Positions 52,505-62,790 of a stretch of 64,000 bases of DNA are shown piece by piece (positions within the stretch are counted from its first letter, which is position 1; every line of letters starts with the position of its first letter). This DNA is from Candidatus Latescibacterota bacterium (GTDB lineage: Bacteria > Latescibacterota > CBDEFO01): NCBI GenBank assembly GCA_965248755.1, contig OZ252149.1:2112001-2176000 (forward strand). Reading direction: 5' to 3'. Made by a program: the position numbers and the translations under genes. The notes below the pieces were generated by a model. That model was not told where the DNA came from and did no database searches. It saw nothing but the letters and a program-made list of their open reading frames with translations.

Positions 52505-53497
52505 TCAAGCTTTCAAAGCCGACAATATAGCCTCTCTGAGCACTGCCTTGGCCAAGTCCACCTTGTAGCCGTTTCCACGCATGGGCTCTGCGGACTCGGT
52601 GGCGGCCTCTGCCGCCTTAAGGGCAAGTGGCTCATCTATCGTCTTCCCCTTCAAGACATTCTCGGCCTCTTCGGACCTGAAGGGCCTTGCCGCCACTCCG
52701 CCGAAGACGATGCGGACATCCCGACAGACTTTCCCTTCAAGAGTAAGGACGACTGCTACGCTCACAAGAGCAAAATCCATCGAGCCCTTTTCCTGGAGCT
52801 TAAGGTAGAGGCTTCTGGTGTTCGGCTTCGGATTTGGGACTCCGATCTCGGTGAGAATCTCCCCGGGCTTAAGCACGTTCTCCCGGAATATTTCACCATC
52901 GGGCATCGTGAAGAAATCTTCCAAAGAGATTATCCTGGAACCTTGCCTCCCTTCGATCTTGGCGCTTGCCCCTAAAGCCACAAGGGCAGGAGCCATATCC
53001 GAGGGATGAACGATGTGGCATGTATAGACGTCCAGCTCCACACCTAAGATGGCGTGATACTTGTTCTCTCCCTCTATGGCGTAACAGATATCGCCTCCCT
53101 TTTTCAGACAGGGAAAGTCAGTACTGCGGTAGTACCAGCACCTGGGCCTTTGACACAGATTACCGCCTAAAGTCGCAACATTACGAATCTGCAAGGTGGC
53201 TATAGACCCGGCAGCGTTAGATAGTACGGCGAATCTGTCCTGAATTGTCGGATCAGCTTCGATCTGGCTGATGGTGGTTAAAGCTCCTATCTTAAGGCCC
53301 CCACCATCGTGCTCTATATACTTTAGACCAGCGGCCGATTTGAGATTTACGAGACGCTTCGGGCTGATGACCCGTTCCTTCATCTCACCTATAAGATCGG
53401 TTCCTCCTGCGATCAACATCGCCCCCTCCCATTCACCATCCAGCGCAGAGATAGCTTCCTTTAGATTCGACGGACTTGCATATTCGAATGGTCTCAT
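52505..53497 (-). CDS. Xanthine dehydrogenase family FAD-binding subunit (PaoB/YagS-like)
   Basis: IAGGTDL, IGALTT, QIRNVATLGGNLCQRPRCWYYR and the Cys cluster C.KKGGD.C...C..VHPSD. Confidence 0.92.
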   Translation of the reverse strand: MRPFEYASPSNLKEAISALDGEWEGAMLIAGGTDLIGEMKERVISPKRLVNLKSAAGLKYIEHDGGGLKIGALTTISQIEADPTIQDRFAVLSNAAGSIATLQIRNVATLGGNLCQRPRCWYYRSTDFPCLKKGGDICYAIEGENKYHAILGVELDVYTCHIVHPSDMAPALVALGASAKIEGRQGSRIISLEDFFTMPDGEIFRENVLKPGEILTEIGVPNPKPNTRSLYLKLQEKGSMDFALVSVAVVLTLEGKVCRDVRIVFGGVAARPFRSEEAENVLKGKTIDEPLALKAAEAATESAEPMRGNGYKVDLAKAVLREAILSALKA

Positions 53498-53500
53498 CGT

Positions 53501-55615
53501 CTATCTCTCCTTCGCTTGGGCAAGCGCCGCAAGCACCTTATCAGGCGTGATGGGAAGCTCCCGGATGCCCACGCCGATGGCGTTGGAGACAGCGTTGGCG
53601 ATGGCTCCCGCAGTCGGGATTACGGCCGGCTCGCCCAATCCTATTACGCCCCGTTCCGGCTCGTCGAATATGATTACGTCAATATCGGGCATCTCCATCG
53701 AGCCTGCAATCTTATAAGCTTCAAGATTAGGATTGACCATAAGTCCTGTAGGACCATCCAAAATGCGATCCTCCAAAAGGGCATAGCTCAAGCCCTGAAC
53801 CACACCTCCGTTTATCTGACTCTCAGCCGCAAGGCGATTGACGACAAGGCCGAAGTCCTGGACGGCCACTACCCTTATGACCTTTACCTGTCCCGTCTCT
53901 GTATCCACCTCCACCTCAGCGAACTGAGTGCCCGCAACTCCGCTGCTTGAAAGTCCGCTCGTCCATCCCCCCTGAACTGAGATCACATCCGTTCCTAACT
54001 GCGCTGCGGCCCGCTTCCAGGAGATGCTTTGGGACGGATCGCTTTTGATATAGATATTCCCATCTGTGGCTTCTAATTCCTCAGGTTGAGCTCCCAAAAG
54101 CGGTGCAGCTATCTGAAATAGTTCCCCTTTTGCACTGGCCGCTGCAGTTTTGACTGCAGGGGCGACCGACGCTACGGTGGTGCTTCCTCCGCTTCCTCCT
54201 GAGGGGAGCTGGTAGACTGTGTCACCGATATGCACCTTGATGTCTTCGATCTGAAGCCCCAACTCCTCGGCGGCTACCGCGGCTATCACAGTCCGCGTTC
54301 CGGTGCCTAAATCCTGGCTTCCGGTGGTCACATCCGTGCTGCCGTCGGGATGGATCATCACCCTCACCTGAGTGCCAGTGCCACCGCCCCCTCCCCACGT
54401 CCCGCTGCCCATGCCGAGGCCACGCCTCTTGCGGCCCCTGTCAGAGCCGGATTTTTTGCGCCTCACCCAACCTATCTTCTCTGCTCCTACTGTATACTCC
54501 TTCTGCCTTGTCTCATTAGGGTCGTTCTTTCTCCTGAACTCCAGGGGGTCCATCTCCATCTTTTGGGCGAGCTCATCCATCACCGATTCCATACCGAAGG
54601 AGGCCTGCGGGTGTCCGGGCGCCCGCATCGCCGCAGACGGACCGGCGTTGATGAAGACGTCGGACTGCTCTACTTTGAAATTGGGCACGCTATAGATGTA
54701 TGGAGCCGGAAATCCTGCTCCTCCTCCGATCCCGCCGGTGCCGTACGACCTGAGCTGGAAAGCGGTAAGAGTACCGTCTCTTTTTGCCCCGGCCTTAATA
54801 TACTGCACCGATGAGGGACGGTTGCCCGTATACAGGAAATCCTCTTTCCGGCTGAGCATAAGCTTGACAGGAGCTCTGGACTCTTTGGCAAGTCTCACGG
54901 CTACGATGCTCCAGCTTCCTGCGCCAAGCTTGCTTCCGAAGCCGCCTCCCATGTGCTCCGTGATAACCCTTACCTTGCTGGAGGGAATCCCAAAATGGCT
55001 GGCTATTTGATTCCGGACGCCGAACACAGCCTGGGTCGACGCCCACACCGTCAACTCATCTTCGTCCCATTTTGCCACCACGCCGTGAGTCTCCAGGCAA
55101 GTATGCGTCTGAACCTGCGTTCTATAGGTCCCTTCCACGATGACGTCGGCCTCCCCAAATCCCCTGTCCAGGTCCCCCCGCTCATTGACGCGCCCCTTTC
55201 TGACGTTGCCACTTTCATAAACCTTCGCGGAATCCGGATGCATAGCCTCCTCTACGTTTACGACAAAGGGCAGTTCCTCGTATTCCACCTGGATGAGTTC
55301 CAAGGCGTCCTCAGCTACATCCTCGCTTATTGCTGCGACTGCTGCCACCTCTTCTCCCGCAAAGCGGAGCGTCCGGTCGGAAGCTAAATCGGTCAGGAGG
55401 GCCTTGACTCCGGGGTGACGCTTCGCCCTGCTTGCATCTATCCTCAGAAGGCGGGCTTGAGGGTAGGGACAGCGCAAAATCTTTCCGTAGAGCATGCCCG
55501 GAAGGCTGATGTCGTAGGTATATTTTGCACGTCCTGTCACCTTATCGGCGGCATCGACGCGCTGGAGCCTGCGGCCGATCACGCTGAGTCCTCCGTCCTT
55601 TTCCCAGCCTGCCAT
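53501..55615 (-). CDS. Xanthine dehydrogenase family molybdopterin-binding subunit (PaoC/YagR-like)
   Basis: DKVTGRAKY, MGGGFGSK, AMRAPG, QDLGTG, QINGGVVQG and GLGEPAVIPTAGAIANAV motifs. Confidence 0.93.
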   Translation of the reverse strand: MAGWEKDGGLSVIGRRLQRVDAADKVTGRAKYTYDISLPGMLYGKILRCPYPQARLLRIDASRAKRHPGVKALLTDLASDRTLRFAGEEVAAVAAISEDVAEDALELIQVEYEELPFVVNVEEAMHPDSAKVYESGNVRKGRVNERGDLDRGFGEADVIVEGTYRTQVQTHTCLETHGVVAKWDEDELTVWASTQAVFGVRNQIASHFGIPSSKVRVITEHMGGGFGSKLGAGSWSIVAVRLAKESRAPVKLMLSRKEDFLYTGNRPSSVQYIKAGAKRDGTLTAFQLRSYGTGGIGGGAGFPAPYIYSVPNFKVEQSDVFINAGPSAAMRAPGHPQASFGMESVMDELAQKMEMDPLEFRRKNDPNETRQKEYTVGAEKIGWVRRKKSGSDRGRKRRGLGMGSGTWGGGGGTGTQVRVMIHPDGSTDVTTGSQDLGTGTRTVIAAVAAEELGLQIEDIKVHIGDTVYQLPSGGSGGSTTVASVAPAVKTAAASAKGELFQIAAPLLGAQPEELEATDGNIYIKSDPSQSISWKRAAAQLGTDVISVQGGWTSGLSSSGVAGTQFAEVEVDTETGQVKVIRVVAVQDFGLVVNRLAAESQINGGVVQGLSYALLEDRILDGPTGLMVNPNLEAYKIAGSMEMPDIDVIIFDEPERGVIGLGEPAVIPTAGAIANAVSNAIGVGIRELPITPDKVLAALAQAKER

Positions 55616-55618
55616 GGT

Positions 55619-56257
55619 TCAGCCCCCCTTCTGCATCTTAGCTGATGCCGCCAGCGCTGCCTCAAAGACCTTCGGATACGTTCCACATCGACACAGATTT
55701 CCAGATACCGATCTTTTTACCTCCTCCAACGTCGGATTTAGATTCTGGTCTAAAAGCGCCTTGACGGACATAATAAACCCCGGAGTGCAAAAGCCGCACA
55801 TCAGGGCGTCTTTCTCGATGAAAGCCTGCTGTACGGGGTGCAGTTGATCTCCCTTATGGAGACCTTCAACGGTTAGGATCTGTCTGTCCTGAGATTCGAT
55901 AGCAAGCATCATACAGGCATAGACTGGCATTCCATCCATCAAAACCGTGCATCCGCCGCACTCGCCGCGATCGCAGATAATCTTTGTTCCTGTGAGTCCC
56001 AGCTCGTCCCTTAAAGCGTCTGCTAAGGTAAGACGAGGCTCGGCGTTAATTGCATGCTCAACTCCGTTTACACTCAGCGTTATGGGCACTTTCTCCGGAC
56101 CCTCGATCTTGAGCCCATGGGTCTGTGCCGCGGCTCTCTCAGAGACAAAACTGCCCACAGAGACGGCTGCTGTAGTGGCAACGCTGCCCTTGAGAAACTT
56201 CCGCCTCGATATGTTCGTCAAGGATGCCGCAGATTCTTCATTGGTATGATCTTCCAC
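55619..56257 (-). CDS. [2Fe-2S] subunit with Tat signal (PaoA/YagT-like)
   Basis: ISRRKFLKG twin-arginine motif; CDRGECGGCTV, CGFCTPG and NLCRCGTY. Confidence 0.93.
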   Translation of the reverse strand: MEDHTNEESAASLTNISRRKFLKGSVATTAAVSVGSFVSERAAAQTHGLKIEGPEKVPITLSVNGVEHAINAEPRLTLADALRDELGLTGTKIICDRGECGGCTVLMDGMPVYACMMLAIESQDRQILTVEGLHKGDQLHPVQQAFIEKDALMCGFCTPGFIMSVKALLDQNLNPTLEEVKRSVSGNLCRCGTYPKVFEAALAASAKMQKGG

Positions 56258-56799
56258 AGCTTTGATCCTCCTTTGCTTCGTGTTTCACTCATACACGGAC
56301 ACTTACTTAGAGCACATCGGATAATACACTCATCTAACCTGTAGGAATCAAGTAAAATCACGACCCGCGCGGGTTCTCCATAGAACTTTTCCAACCTCCA
56401 TCCCCACGGGGCAATACTCACAGCACGAAGCAGGATCCTGCCGCTCGGGTTGCGTAGGAGTTAAGGGTGATCTAAGAACCTATCTGTCTGCATACACGCA
56501 CAGGCAGAGAGGGCGAGATATAATCGCCCCGCAAAAGCAATTTTCACATTTAACCAACCAATTCAAAATGTCCCAGGTTCGTCTTCCAGAGGTCAACAGA
56601 AAACAGATAACATGCAGACGTACAGACACCCCTCAATTGAGCTACACTGCACAGGACACTGCCAAGACAACGACCGCCTTGGAAATAACTGGACAGTGCA
56701 AAGCGGTCATAGTCAGTGTTTTGGTTATCTTTTATCGTCATATTGTCCTGTCGGGCTACCGCCGCGCATCCTATCTCTCACTTCCCAGGTTGGCAGCGC

Positions 56800-57285
56800 C
56801 TATGGAACCAAGTCTGGCGGGACGAGACAAGCCACAGCCCACTTCTTTTCCTGCCGGACCAAGCAAACTAACCCGCCCATGTAAAAGCGGATGAGTGCGC
56901 GATCTGGATCGTTGAGGAGCAGACGACCGGCCAGCCGGTTCAAAAAGGGCAGGTGGCCGACGAGCATCACTGAGCCACTTCCCCGCTCCAGGGCTTCTGC
57001 CACCGGATGCACATCATCATTTGGAGCCAAACCCGAGACCACCTTTACGCCTTCTGCCACCTCAAGATGCCCAGCAAAGATGAAGGCTGTCTCTTCGGCA
57101 CGGCGTTTCCCGCTATGACGGATCTGGTCCACTTTCAGACCGGCACTAGCCGCCCACGCCGCTACCTGCTCCGCCGTCTCTTTTCCCCGCTCCGTAAGAG
57201 GACGCTCCGGATCTTCCTCCTCCGTCTTTGCCTCACCGTGCTGAACCAGATACAGAAACCTCTCCTTGGATCCCTTATCCTCCAT
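56800..57285 (-). CDS. sixA: Phosphohistidine phosphatase SixA
   Basis: LYLVQHGEA, RPLTERG, HSGKRRAEETA and MLVGHLPFL motifs. Confidence 0.88.
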   Translation of the reverse strand: MEDKGSKERFLYLVQHGEAKTEEEDPERPLTERGKETAEQVAAWAASAGLKVDQIRHSGKRRAEETAFIFAGHLEVAEGVKVVSGLAPNDDVHPVAEALERGSGSVMLVGHLPFLNRLAGRLLLNDPDRALIRFYMGGLVCLVRQEKKWAVACLVPPDLVP

Positions 57286-57404
57286 TATCTTACCTCCCTC
57301 GATCTGCGATCCTTTTCATCTTTCGAAAAGAAGCTCATTTTCGTTCCATGTTGATGATCCAGTTCATCAGTGGGAAGTTATAGCTATACTGGTAGAAGGA
57401 GTAT

Positions 57405-57680
57405 TACCAGTAGTATCCCCCAATGCCGGCCAGGGCGCTCTGTAGCAGCGGTACCCCACGCCAGAACGTCGCCCGGAAGGTGTCAAGCCAGATGGTGCTC
57501 GATCCACTTTGCATCCTTTCCTAAAAGTAAAGGCTTCAGGTGATTGCGCAGTGTATCCACAACTGCCATATTCTGTCCGCCAAGCGACGCCTCGCCGATT
57601 CGATAACTCCCCTCTGATGTCTCGATCTGTACAAACACGCAGTTGCGCACCGGGAATACTTTCAGATCGGAGAATCTCCT
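57405..57680 (-). pseudogene. N-terminal remnant of a galactonate dehydratase-like (mandelate racemase/enolase superfamily) gene
   Basis: The minus strand reads RFSDLKVFPVRNCVFVQIETSEG..IGEASL...HLKPLLLGKD...IW..TFRATFWRG.PLLQSALAGI across frameshifts, collinear with the DgoD N-terminus. Confidence 0.65.
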
Positions 57681-57847
57681 GACTGTGTCGCCCCGTATAG
57701 GGGGGCTCGTTTAGGTTTTCTATTTTGCTCTATATTCTTGGGAGAGACCCCTGTATCGTATCGTTTTGAAGGCTATGGAGGGGAGAATCCCTTGCGTCTG
57801 TTGCTCCAATTTGACGGGGCGCTTCTCTAAAAAGTACGTTTCCCTTG

Positions 57848-57876
57848 TTGACATACCAAAGCCAATAGATTATTTT
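57848..57876 (+). promoter_or_regulatory. Possible sigma70 promoter of pyk
   Basis: TTGACA-17 nt-TATTTT. Confidence 0.5.
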
Positions 57877-57908
57877 AAGTAGAACCATACAGGGATGAGA
57901 CAAATGCC

Positions 57909-57954
57909 CCTGTCCCCGATTGAACCCCCAATAGATTCAATTGGGGGTCGGGGA
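57909..57954. repeat. Nested palindromic elements
   Basis: CCTGTCCCCGATTGAA-[CCCCCAATAGATTCAATTGGGGG]-TCGGGGA: one element inside another, in the opposite orientation. Confidence 0.7.
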
Positions 57955-58066
57955 TCTGTCTACTATACTTGTGGTCTATAATAATAATTTCTGAAGAATT
58001 AGTCAATAGAATTTGACGCAGGAAAACCGGAAGAAGGTCATACATAAAGGATAGTCAATTCTTACT

Positions 58067-59488
58067 ATGAGAAGAGCAAAGATAATATGCACTATGGGGC
58101 CGTCCACTAGCTCACAGGACACGTTAGAGCGTATGATAGAAGAGGGGATGGATGTAGCGCGGATCAACTTGTCCCACGGAGAAAGGAACGATCACAAGGA
58201 GTCTATCCGCAAGATCAGGAGCGCCTCAAAAAGGGTTGGGAAGTACATTGCTATCCTCCAGGACCTTCAGGGCCCTAAGATCAGGGCGGGCAAGATTAGG
58301 GGAGGCCAGGCAACCCTGAAGGCAAAAGATGAATTCGTAATTACGAGCCGTCCAGTAGCTGGAACATCCAAAATCGTCTCCACAAGTTACAAAAGCATGC
58401 CAGAAGATGTCAAGACTGGCGATACAATACTTATAGACGACGGGATGATAGAGCTTAAAGTAGAGTATGTGGACGGTCAGGACATAATCTGCCAAGTAGT
58501 AAATGGCGGAATATTGAAGGATCACAAGGGGATAAATCTGCCGGGAGTTGACCTGGACATACCATCGATCACAGAGAAGGACAGGGAAGATCTCCTCTTT
58601 GGAATAGATCAGGGAGTTGACTACGTTGGCATTTCGTTCGTAAGGAGAGCCCAGGACGTATCCGACGTAAAGAAGATATTGGACGAAAGGGGTGCAGATA
58701 TCCCGGCCATAGCCAAGTTAGAAAAGCCGGAGGCTATAGAGAACCTGGACGAGATATTAGAAGTTGCAGACGGCGTGATGATAGCAAGGGGCGACCTCGG
58801 TGTGGAGATGTCGCCAGAACAGGTGCCTGTAGTGCAGAAGGAGGTTATATCTAAAGCCAACTTGTGCGGCGTTGTCGTGATCACAGCGACGCAGATGCTC
58901 GAATCTATGACTGCGAATCCCCGTCCCACAAGGGCAGAGGCTTCAGACGTGGCTAACGCCATCTTCGACGGGACGGATGCCCTTATGCTCTCGGGCGAAA
59001 CGGCGGTCGGTTCCTATCCCGTGGAGTCTCTGAAGATGATGTCCAGGATAATTGCAAAGGCAGAAGAGAGCCTCTTCGCTCAGCCTATATTTAGACGCAG
59101 ACGAAGGTCCACGGATACAGACGTAACCTTTGAAGAGGCGGTAAGCGAGGCAGCATCCATTGCGGCTGAAGAGTTAAAAGCCAGGGCTATTGTGGCTTTC
59201 ACTCAGTCCGGGTCCACTGCAAGATCGATCTCCAAAGAACGTCCGCACACCCCGATAATAGCCTTTACGCCCCACGAAAATGTGCAAAGGAGGCTCTCCC
59301 TATATTGGGGTGTGATCCCCAGGACTATGGGCGTGGCTATAGAGACTGACTCTATGGTCCAAGAAGTAGAATCGATACTCCTTAAGGACGGGTCGGTCGC
59401 ACGGGGAGACGTAATAGTTATCATCGCTGGCTCTCCTATCACGTCCCGCGGAGGAACGAACCTGCTCAGACTACACAAAGTTCAGTAG
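58067..59488 (+). CDS. pyk: Pyruvate kinase
   Basis: AKIICTMGPS, ARINLSHG, DLQGPKIR, IAKLEKPEA, GVMIARGDLGVE and ATQMLESM...RPTRAEASDVANA motifs. Confidence 0.98.
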   Translation: MRRAKIICTMGPSTSSQDTLERMIEEGMDVARINLSHGERNDHKESIRKIRSASKRVGKYIAILQDLQGPKIRAGKIRGGQATLKAKDEFVITSRPVAGTSKIVSTSYKSMPEDVKTGDTILIDDGMIELKVEYVDGQDIICQVVNGGILKDHKGINLPGVDLDIPSITEKDREDLLFGIDQGVDYVGISFVRRAQDVSDVKKILDERGADIPAIAKLEKPEAIENLDEILEVADGVMIARGDLGVEMSPEQVPVVQKEVISKANLCGVVVITATQMLESMTANPRPTRAEASDVANAIFDGTDALMLSGETAVGSYPVESLKMMSRIIAKAEESLFAQPIFRRRRRSTDTDVTFEEAVSEAASIAAEELKARAIVAFTQSGSTARSISKERPHTPIIAFTPHENVQRRLSLYWGVIPRTMGVAIETDSMVQEVESILLKDGSVARGDVIVIIAGSPITSRGGTNLLRLHKVQ

Positions 59489-59542
59489 ACAAGATATTCT
59501 CCCGCACTGTCTACTATCTATTCTATCCAGGAGGTGTGACTT

Positions 59543-59791
59543 ATGTTGTTCCGAAGCAGTAACAAAAACAGCAAGAGAAGCAACTGTTTCTATTGTGGCT
59601 TTGTAATAGGCTCCCTGTTCGGGGCAGGAGTAAGCCTCTTTTTGGTCTCCAATAGGGCCAAAAACACGGCTTTAAGGGCAAAGGAAACTGTTGCCGGCTT
59701 AAAAGATAGGCTGATAAAGCGCACGCCCCCAAAGGCCGAAGTCGAATCAAGCGAAGGAGGCAACGGAAAGACAGAGGGTAAAGGGGGATAA
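59543..59791 (+). CDS. Small YtxH-like membrane-anchored protein
   Basis: AGGAGG RBS; GFVIGSLFGAGVSLFL glycine-zipper followed by a charged tail. Confidence 0.6.
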   Translation: MLFRSSNKNSKRSNCFYCGFVIGSLFGAGVSLFLVSNRAKNTALRAKETVAGLKDRLIKRTPPKAEVESSEGGNGKTEGKGG

Positions 59792-59890
59792 AGCAAAAAA
59801 ATAGATGGAAATTCCCTCAATATTGCTTATATTTTGATTGTGGAGGATATCTGAATAGACAGCAGTGGGAAAGAAAGAATGCGCTGTCTA

Positions 59891-59930
59891 CCCCCGATTG
59901 AACCTATCGGAGACTATTGGGGATCGGGGG
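59891..59930. repeat. Degenerate or compound palindromic element
   Basis: CCCCCGATTGAACCTATCGGAGA...ATCGGGGG, same family as 57909. Confidence 0.55.
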
Positions 59931-59970
59931 CTGCTTGCTAACGGATCTGAACGGCGTAAAAGAGGCATAA

Positions 59971-61092
59971 ATGGTAAGCATTTGTCTTCGTGGTGTTACA
60001 AAACGATTCACTGATACCGTAGCAGTGGACAACGTAGATCTGACAATAGAAGAAGGAGAACTCTTTTTCCTTTTGGGACCTTCAGGTTGTGGCAAGACGA
60101 CCATACTCAGGATAATTGCGGGCTTTTACAGCCCTGACGAGGGAGGCATTCTGTTTGACAACAGGGATATAAGCGCTGTTCCGCCGCATAAGCGAAATAC
60201 AGGAATGGTCTTTCAAAACTACGCTTTGTGGCCCCATATGACAGTTTACAAGAATGTAGAGTACGGGCTCAATATGAGGGATGTGTCCAGGGAGAATAAG
60301 GAAACGAGGGTTCAAAGGGCGCTTGAGATAGTCGAAATGGAGCGTTACAGAGAACGCTCCCCGAATCAACTTTCCGGAGGACAACAACAAAGGGTAGCCC
60401 TGGCAAGAGCGCTGGTGATAGAACCTGACGCTGTGCTTATGGACGAGCCGCTTTCCAATCTGGATGCAAAACTGAGGATAGAGATGAGGGAGAGGATAAA
60501 ACGCATCCATCAGGAATTAGGCGTTACCATGGTCTATGTCACACACGATCAGACAGAGGCGCTGTGTATGGCAGATAGGATGGCTGTGATGGATATGGGA
60601 AAGGTGGTTCAGGTGGCGCCTCCCAGAGAGATCTATGCAAGACCAAAGAGCGTCTTTGTAGCTGGATTCATAGGTGAGACGAACTTTATAAAGGGAACGG
60701 TCTCGCAGAGAACGTCTGCTCCCGGACCACAGCAGGAAATCTTTGTGGATACCCCTGTCGGTAAAGTAGTTTCTTCTGTACACAATGGAATTTCCTCGGG
60801 AATTTGCTCGGAGATAGGAGAGGAAGTGACCTGTTCCATCCGACCGGAACTCATCGTGGTATCGGGAGACACAGCAGAATCAGACGTAAACGGAACTACC
60901 ACCCCGAACAAGCTTTCGGGCAAGGTGGAAAGCGTTTTGTACATGGGCGACAACGAGCAGTATTTTGTGAGGCTCAATGACGGAACTTTGTTGAAGGTTG
61001 TAGAGCACAAGCCCGCCGAACAAAAAGCTCTATCCGGTCAAAACGCGAACTTAACTTTCGACCCGAAGGATGTAATAATATTGAAGGAATAG
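59971..61092 (+). CDS. ABC transporter ATP-binding protein (FbpC/PotA-like)
   Basis: GPSGCGKT, VFQNYALWPH, LSGGQQQRVALARAL and MDEPLSNLD motifs, plus a TOBE-like C-terminus. Confidence 0.93.
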   Translation: MVSICLRGVTKRFTDTVAVDNVDLTIEEGELFFLLGPSGCGKTTILRIIAGFYSPDEGGILFDNRDISAVPPHKRNTGMVFQNYALWPHMTVYKNVEYGLNMRDVSRENKETRVQRALEIVEMERYRERSPNQLSGGQQQRVALARALVIEPDAVLMDEPLSNLDAKLRIEMRERIKRIHQELGVTMVYVTHDQTEALCMADRMAVMDMGKVVQVAPPREIYARPKSVFVAGFIGETNFIKGTVSQRTSAPGPQQEIFVDTPVGKVVSSVHNGISSGICSEIGEEVTCSIRPELIVVSGDTAESDVNGTTTPNKLSGKVESVLYMGDNEQYFVRLNDGTLLKVVEHKPAEQKALSGQNANLTFDPKDVIILKE

Positions 61093-61093
61093 T

Positions 61094-62779
61094 ATGAAAA
61101 GATACGATTTAGATATAAAGACCGTCAGTTTCCTTGTTATCCTGACGATCTTTTTTATTTTATTTTTGTTTTATCCCCTGTCATACGTCTTCAAGAATGC
61201 CTTCTATTCAGACGGTAGCTTCTCTTTAGCGTTCATCAAACTTATATTTGTCAACCCGGTTTTTAGAGAAGCTATAATAAATAGTGTAAATCTGGGAATA
61301 GCAGTCACCATCGCTACGACTTTACTTAGCCTGCCTATGGCGTTTATGCTGGTAAAGTACGATTTCAAAGGCAAAGACCTTTTAAACGGACTTATTTTAG
61401 TTCCTTTAGTTTTGCCCCCTTTTGTGGGAGCTATAGGAATGAAACAGATGTTTTCCCGATTCGGATCTATCAATCTTTTGCTGTTCAAGATAGGACTTAT
61501 AGATTCTCCGATAGACTGGTTCGGCGGCGGCGGATTTTGGGGAGTTGTGATCATAGAGGTACTGCATCTTTATCCTATTATGTATCTGAATGTTGCAGCG
61601 GCTTTAGCCAATATAGATCCGAGTCTGGAGGAGGCAGCAAGGAACGTAGGCGCTTCCGGGTTTAAGCTCTTTCGATCCATCACATTTCCATTGATGCTCC
61701 CCGGGTACTTTGCCGGAGCGATAATAGTCTTTATCTGGGCCTTTACAGACCTTGGAACGCCACTTATATTCGAATATCAAAGAGTCATCCCCGTTCAGAT
61801 ATTCAATATGGTCTCGGACATACACGAAAATCCGATGGGGTACGTTCTGGTGGTCATCGTCATAGCAATCACGGTGATATTCTTCCTTTTGTCCAAGGTG
61901 TTTCTTGGGGGCAGGAGCTATGAGATGATAGCCAGAGGGCATGTGGTCTCCGCAGTTAAGAAGGCGTCCGTCCCGACAGCCTTCCTTATATATGCAGTGA
62001 TGCTGATGATAACTTTTGTGGCTCTTATTCCTCACATAAGCATCTTTTTGACCTCTATTTCCGACAGATGGTTTATGACCATCCTGCCTGAGGAGACGAC
62101 CTTAATGCATTACAAGAGCGTCTTCACACACAAATTGGCTTTGCTTAGCGTGAAGAACAGCTTCCTTTTGAGCATCATGAGCACAGTTGTGGATATAGTG
62201 CTTGGCATAAGCATAGCTTATCTTCTGTCGCGAAAGAATATTCCGTTCAAGAACGTTTTGGATTCCGTATCCATGTTGCCACTGGCACTTCCGGGCCTGG
62301 TTTTAGCTTTTGGATATTTAGCATCCTTTTCAGGCACATTCTTAGACGCAAGGCAAAATCCTATGCCCCTTTTGGTTATAAGCTATGCTGTAAGGAGACT
62401 GCCATTTATGGTGAGATCCGCCTATGCGGGATTTCAGCAGACGAGCATAACTCTCGAGGAGGCATCTCTGAATATGGGAGCAGGTCCTTTTAGGACTTTT
62501 ATAAAGATAACATTCCCACTGATCTTGGCAAATTTAGTTGCGGGAATGGTTTTGTGCTTTTCATTTGCGATGTTGGAGGTCAGCGACAGCCTTATTTTGG
62601 CGTTTAAGGAACAGTACTATCCCATTACCAAAGCGATCTACCATCTACTGGCGCGCATCTCAGACGGGCAGTATATAGCCAGCGCTATGGGGATGTTCGG
62701 GATGATCCTTTTGTCTTTGAGCCTATTTTTGGCGGGGAGATTTCTAGGTCGAAGGATGGGAGAACTGTTTAGGGTTTAG
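61094..62779 (+). CDS. ABC transporter permease (FbpB-like, two fused TM domains)
   Basis: Two EAA loops (LEEAARNVGA and LEEASLNMGA); FTDLGTPL. Confidence 0.9.
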   Translation: MKRYDLDIKTVSFLVILTIFFILFLFYPLSYVFKNAFYSDGSFSLAFIKLIFVNPVFREAIINSVNLGIAVTIATTLLSLPMAFMLVKYDFKGKDLLNGLILVPLVLPPFVGAIGMKQMFSRFGSINLLLFKIGLIDSPIDWFGGGGFWGVVIIEVLHLYPIMYLNVAAALANIDPSLEEAARNVGASGFKLFRSITFPLMLPGYFAGAIIVFIWAFTDLGTPLIFEYQRVIPVQIFNMVSDIHENPMGYVLVVIVIAITVIFFLLSKVFLGGRSYEMIARGHVVSAVKKASVPTAFLIYAVMLMITFVALIPHISIFLTSISDRWFMTILPEETTLMHYKSVFTHKLALLSVKNSFLLSIMSTVVDIVLGISIAYLLSRKNIPFKNVLDSVSMLPLALPGLVLAFGYLASFSGTFLDARQNPMPLLVISYAVRRLPFMVRSAYAGFQQTSITLEEASLNMGAGPFRTFIKITFPLILANLVAGMVLCFSFAMLEVSDSLILAFKEQYYPITKAIYHLLARISDGQYIASAMGMFGMILLSLSLFLAGRFLGRRMGELFRV

Positions 62780-62790
62780 AAGGGGGAAAA

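Noticed and set aside
56420..56790. Short ORFs and a CTGTCTG...CAGGCAG palindrome between the 2Fe-2S subunit gene and sixA
   Set aside because: No recognisable product; the palindrome is single-copy in the window, so a repeat family cannot be supported.
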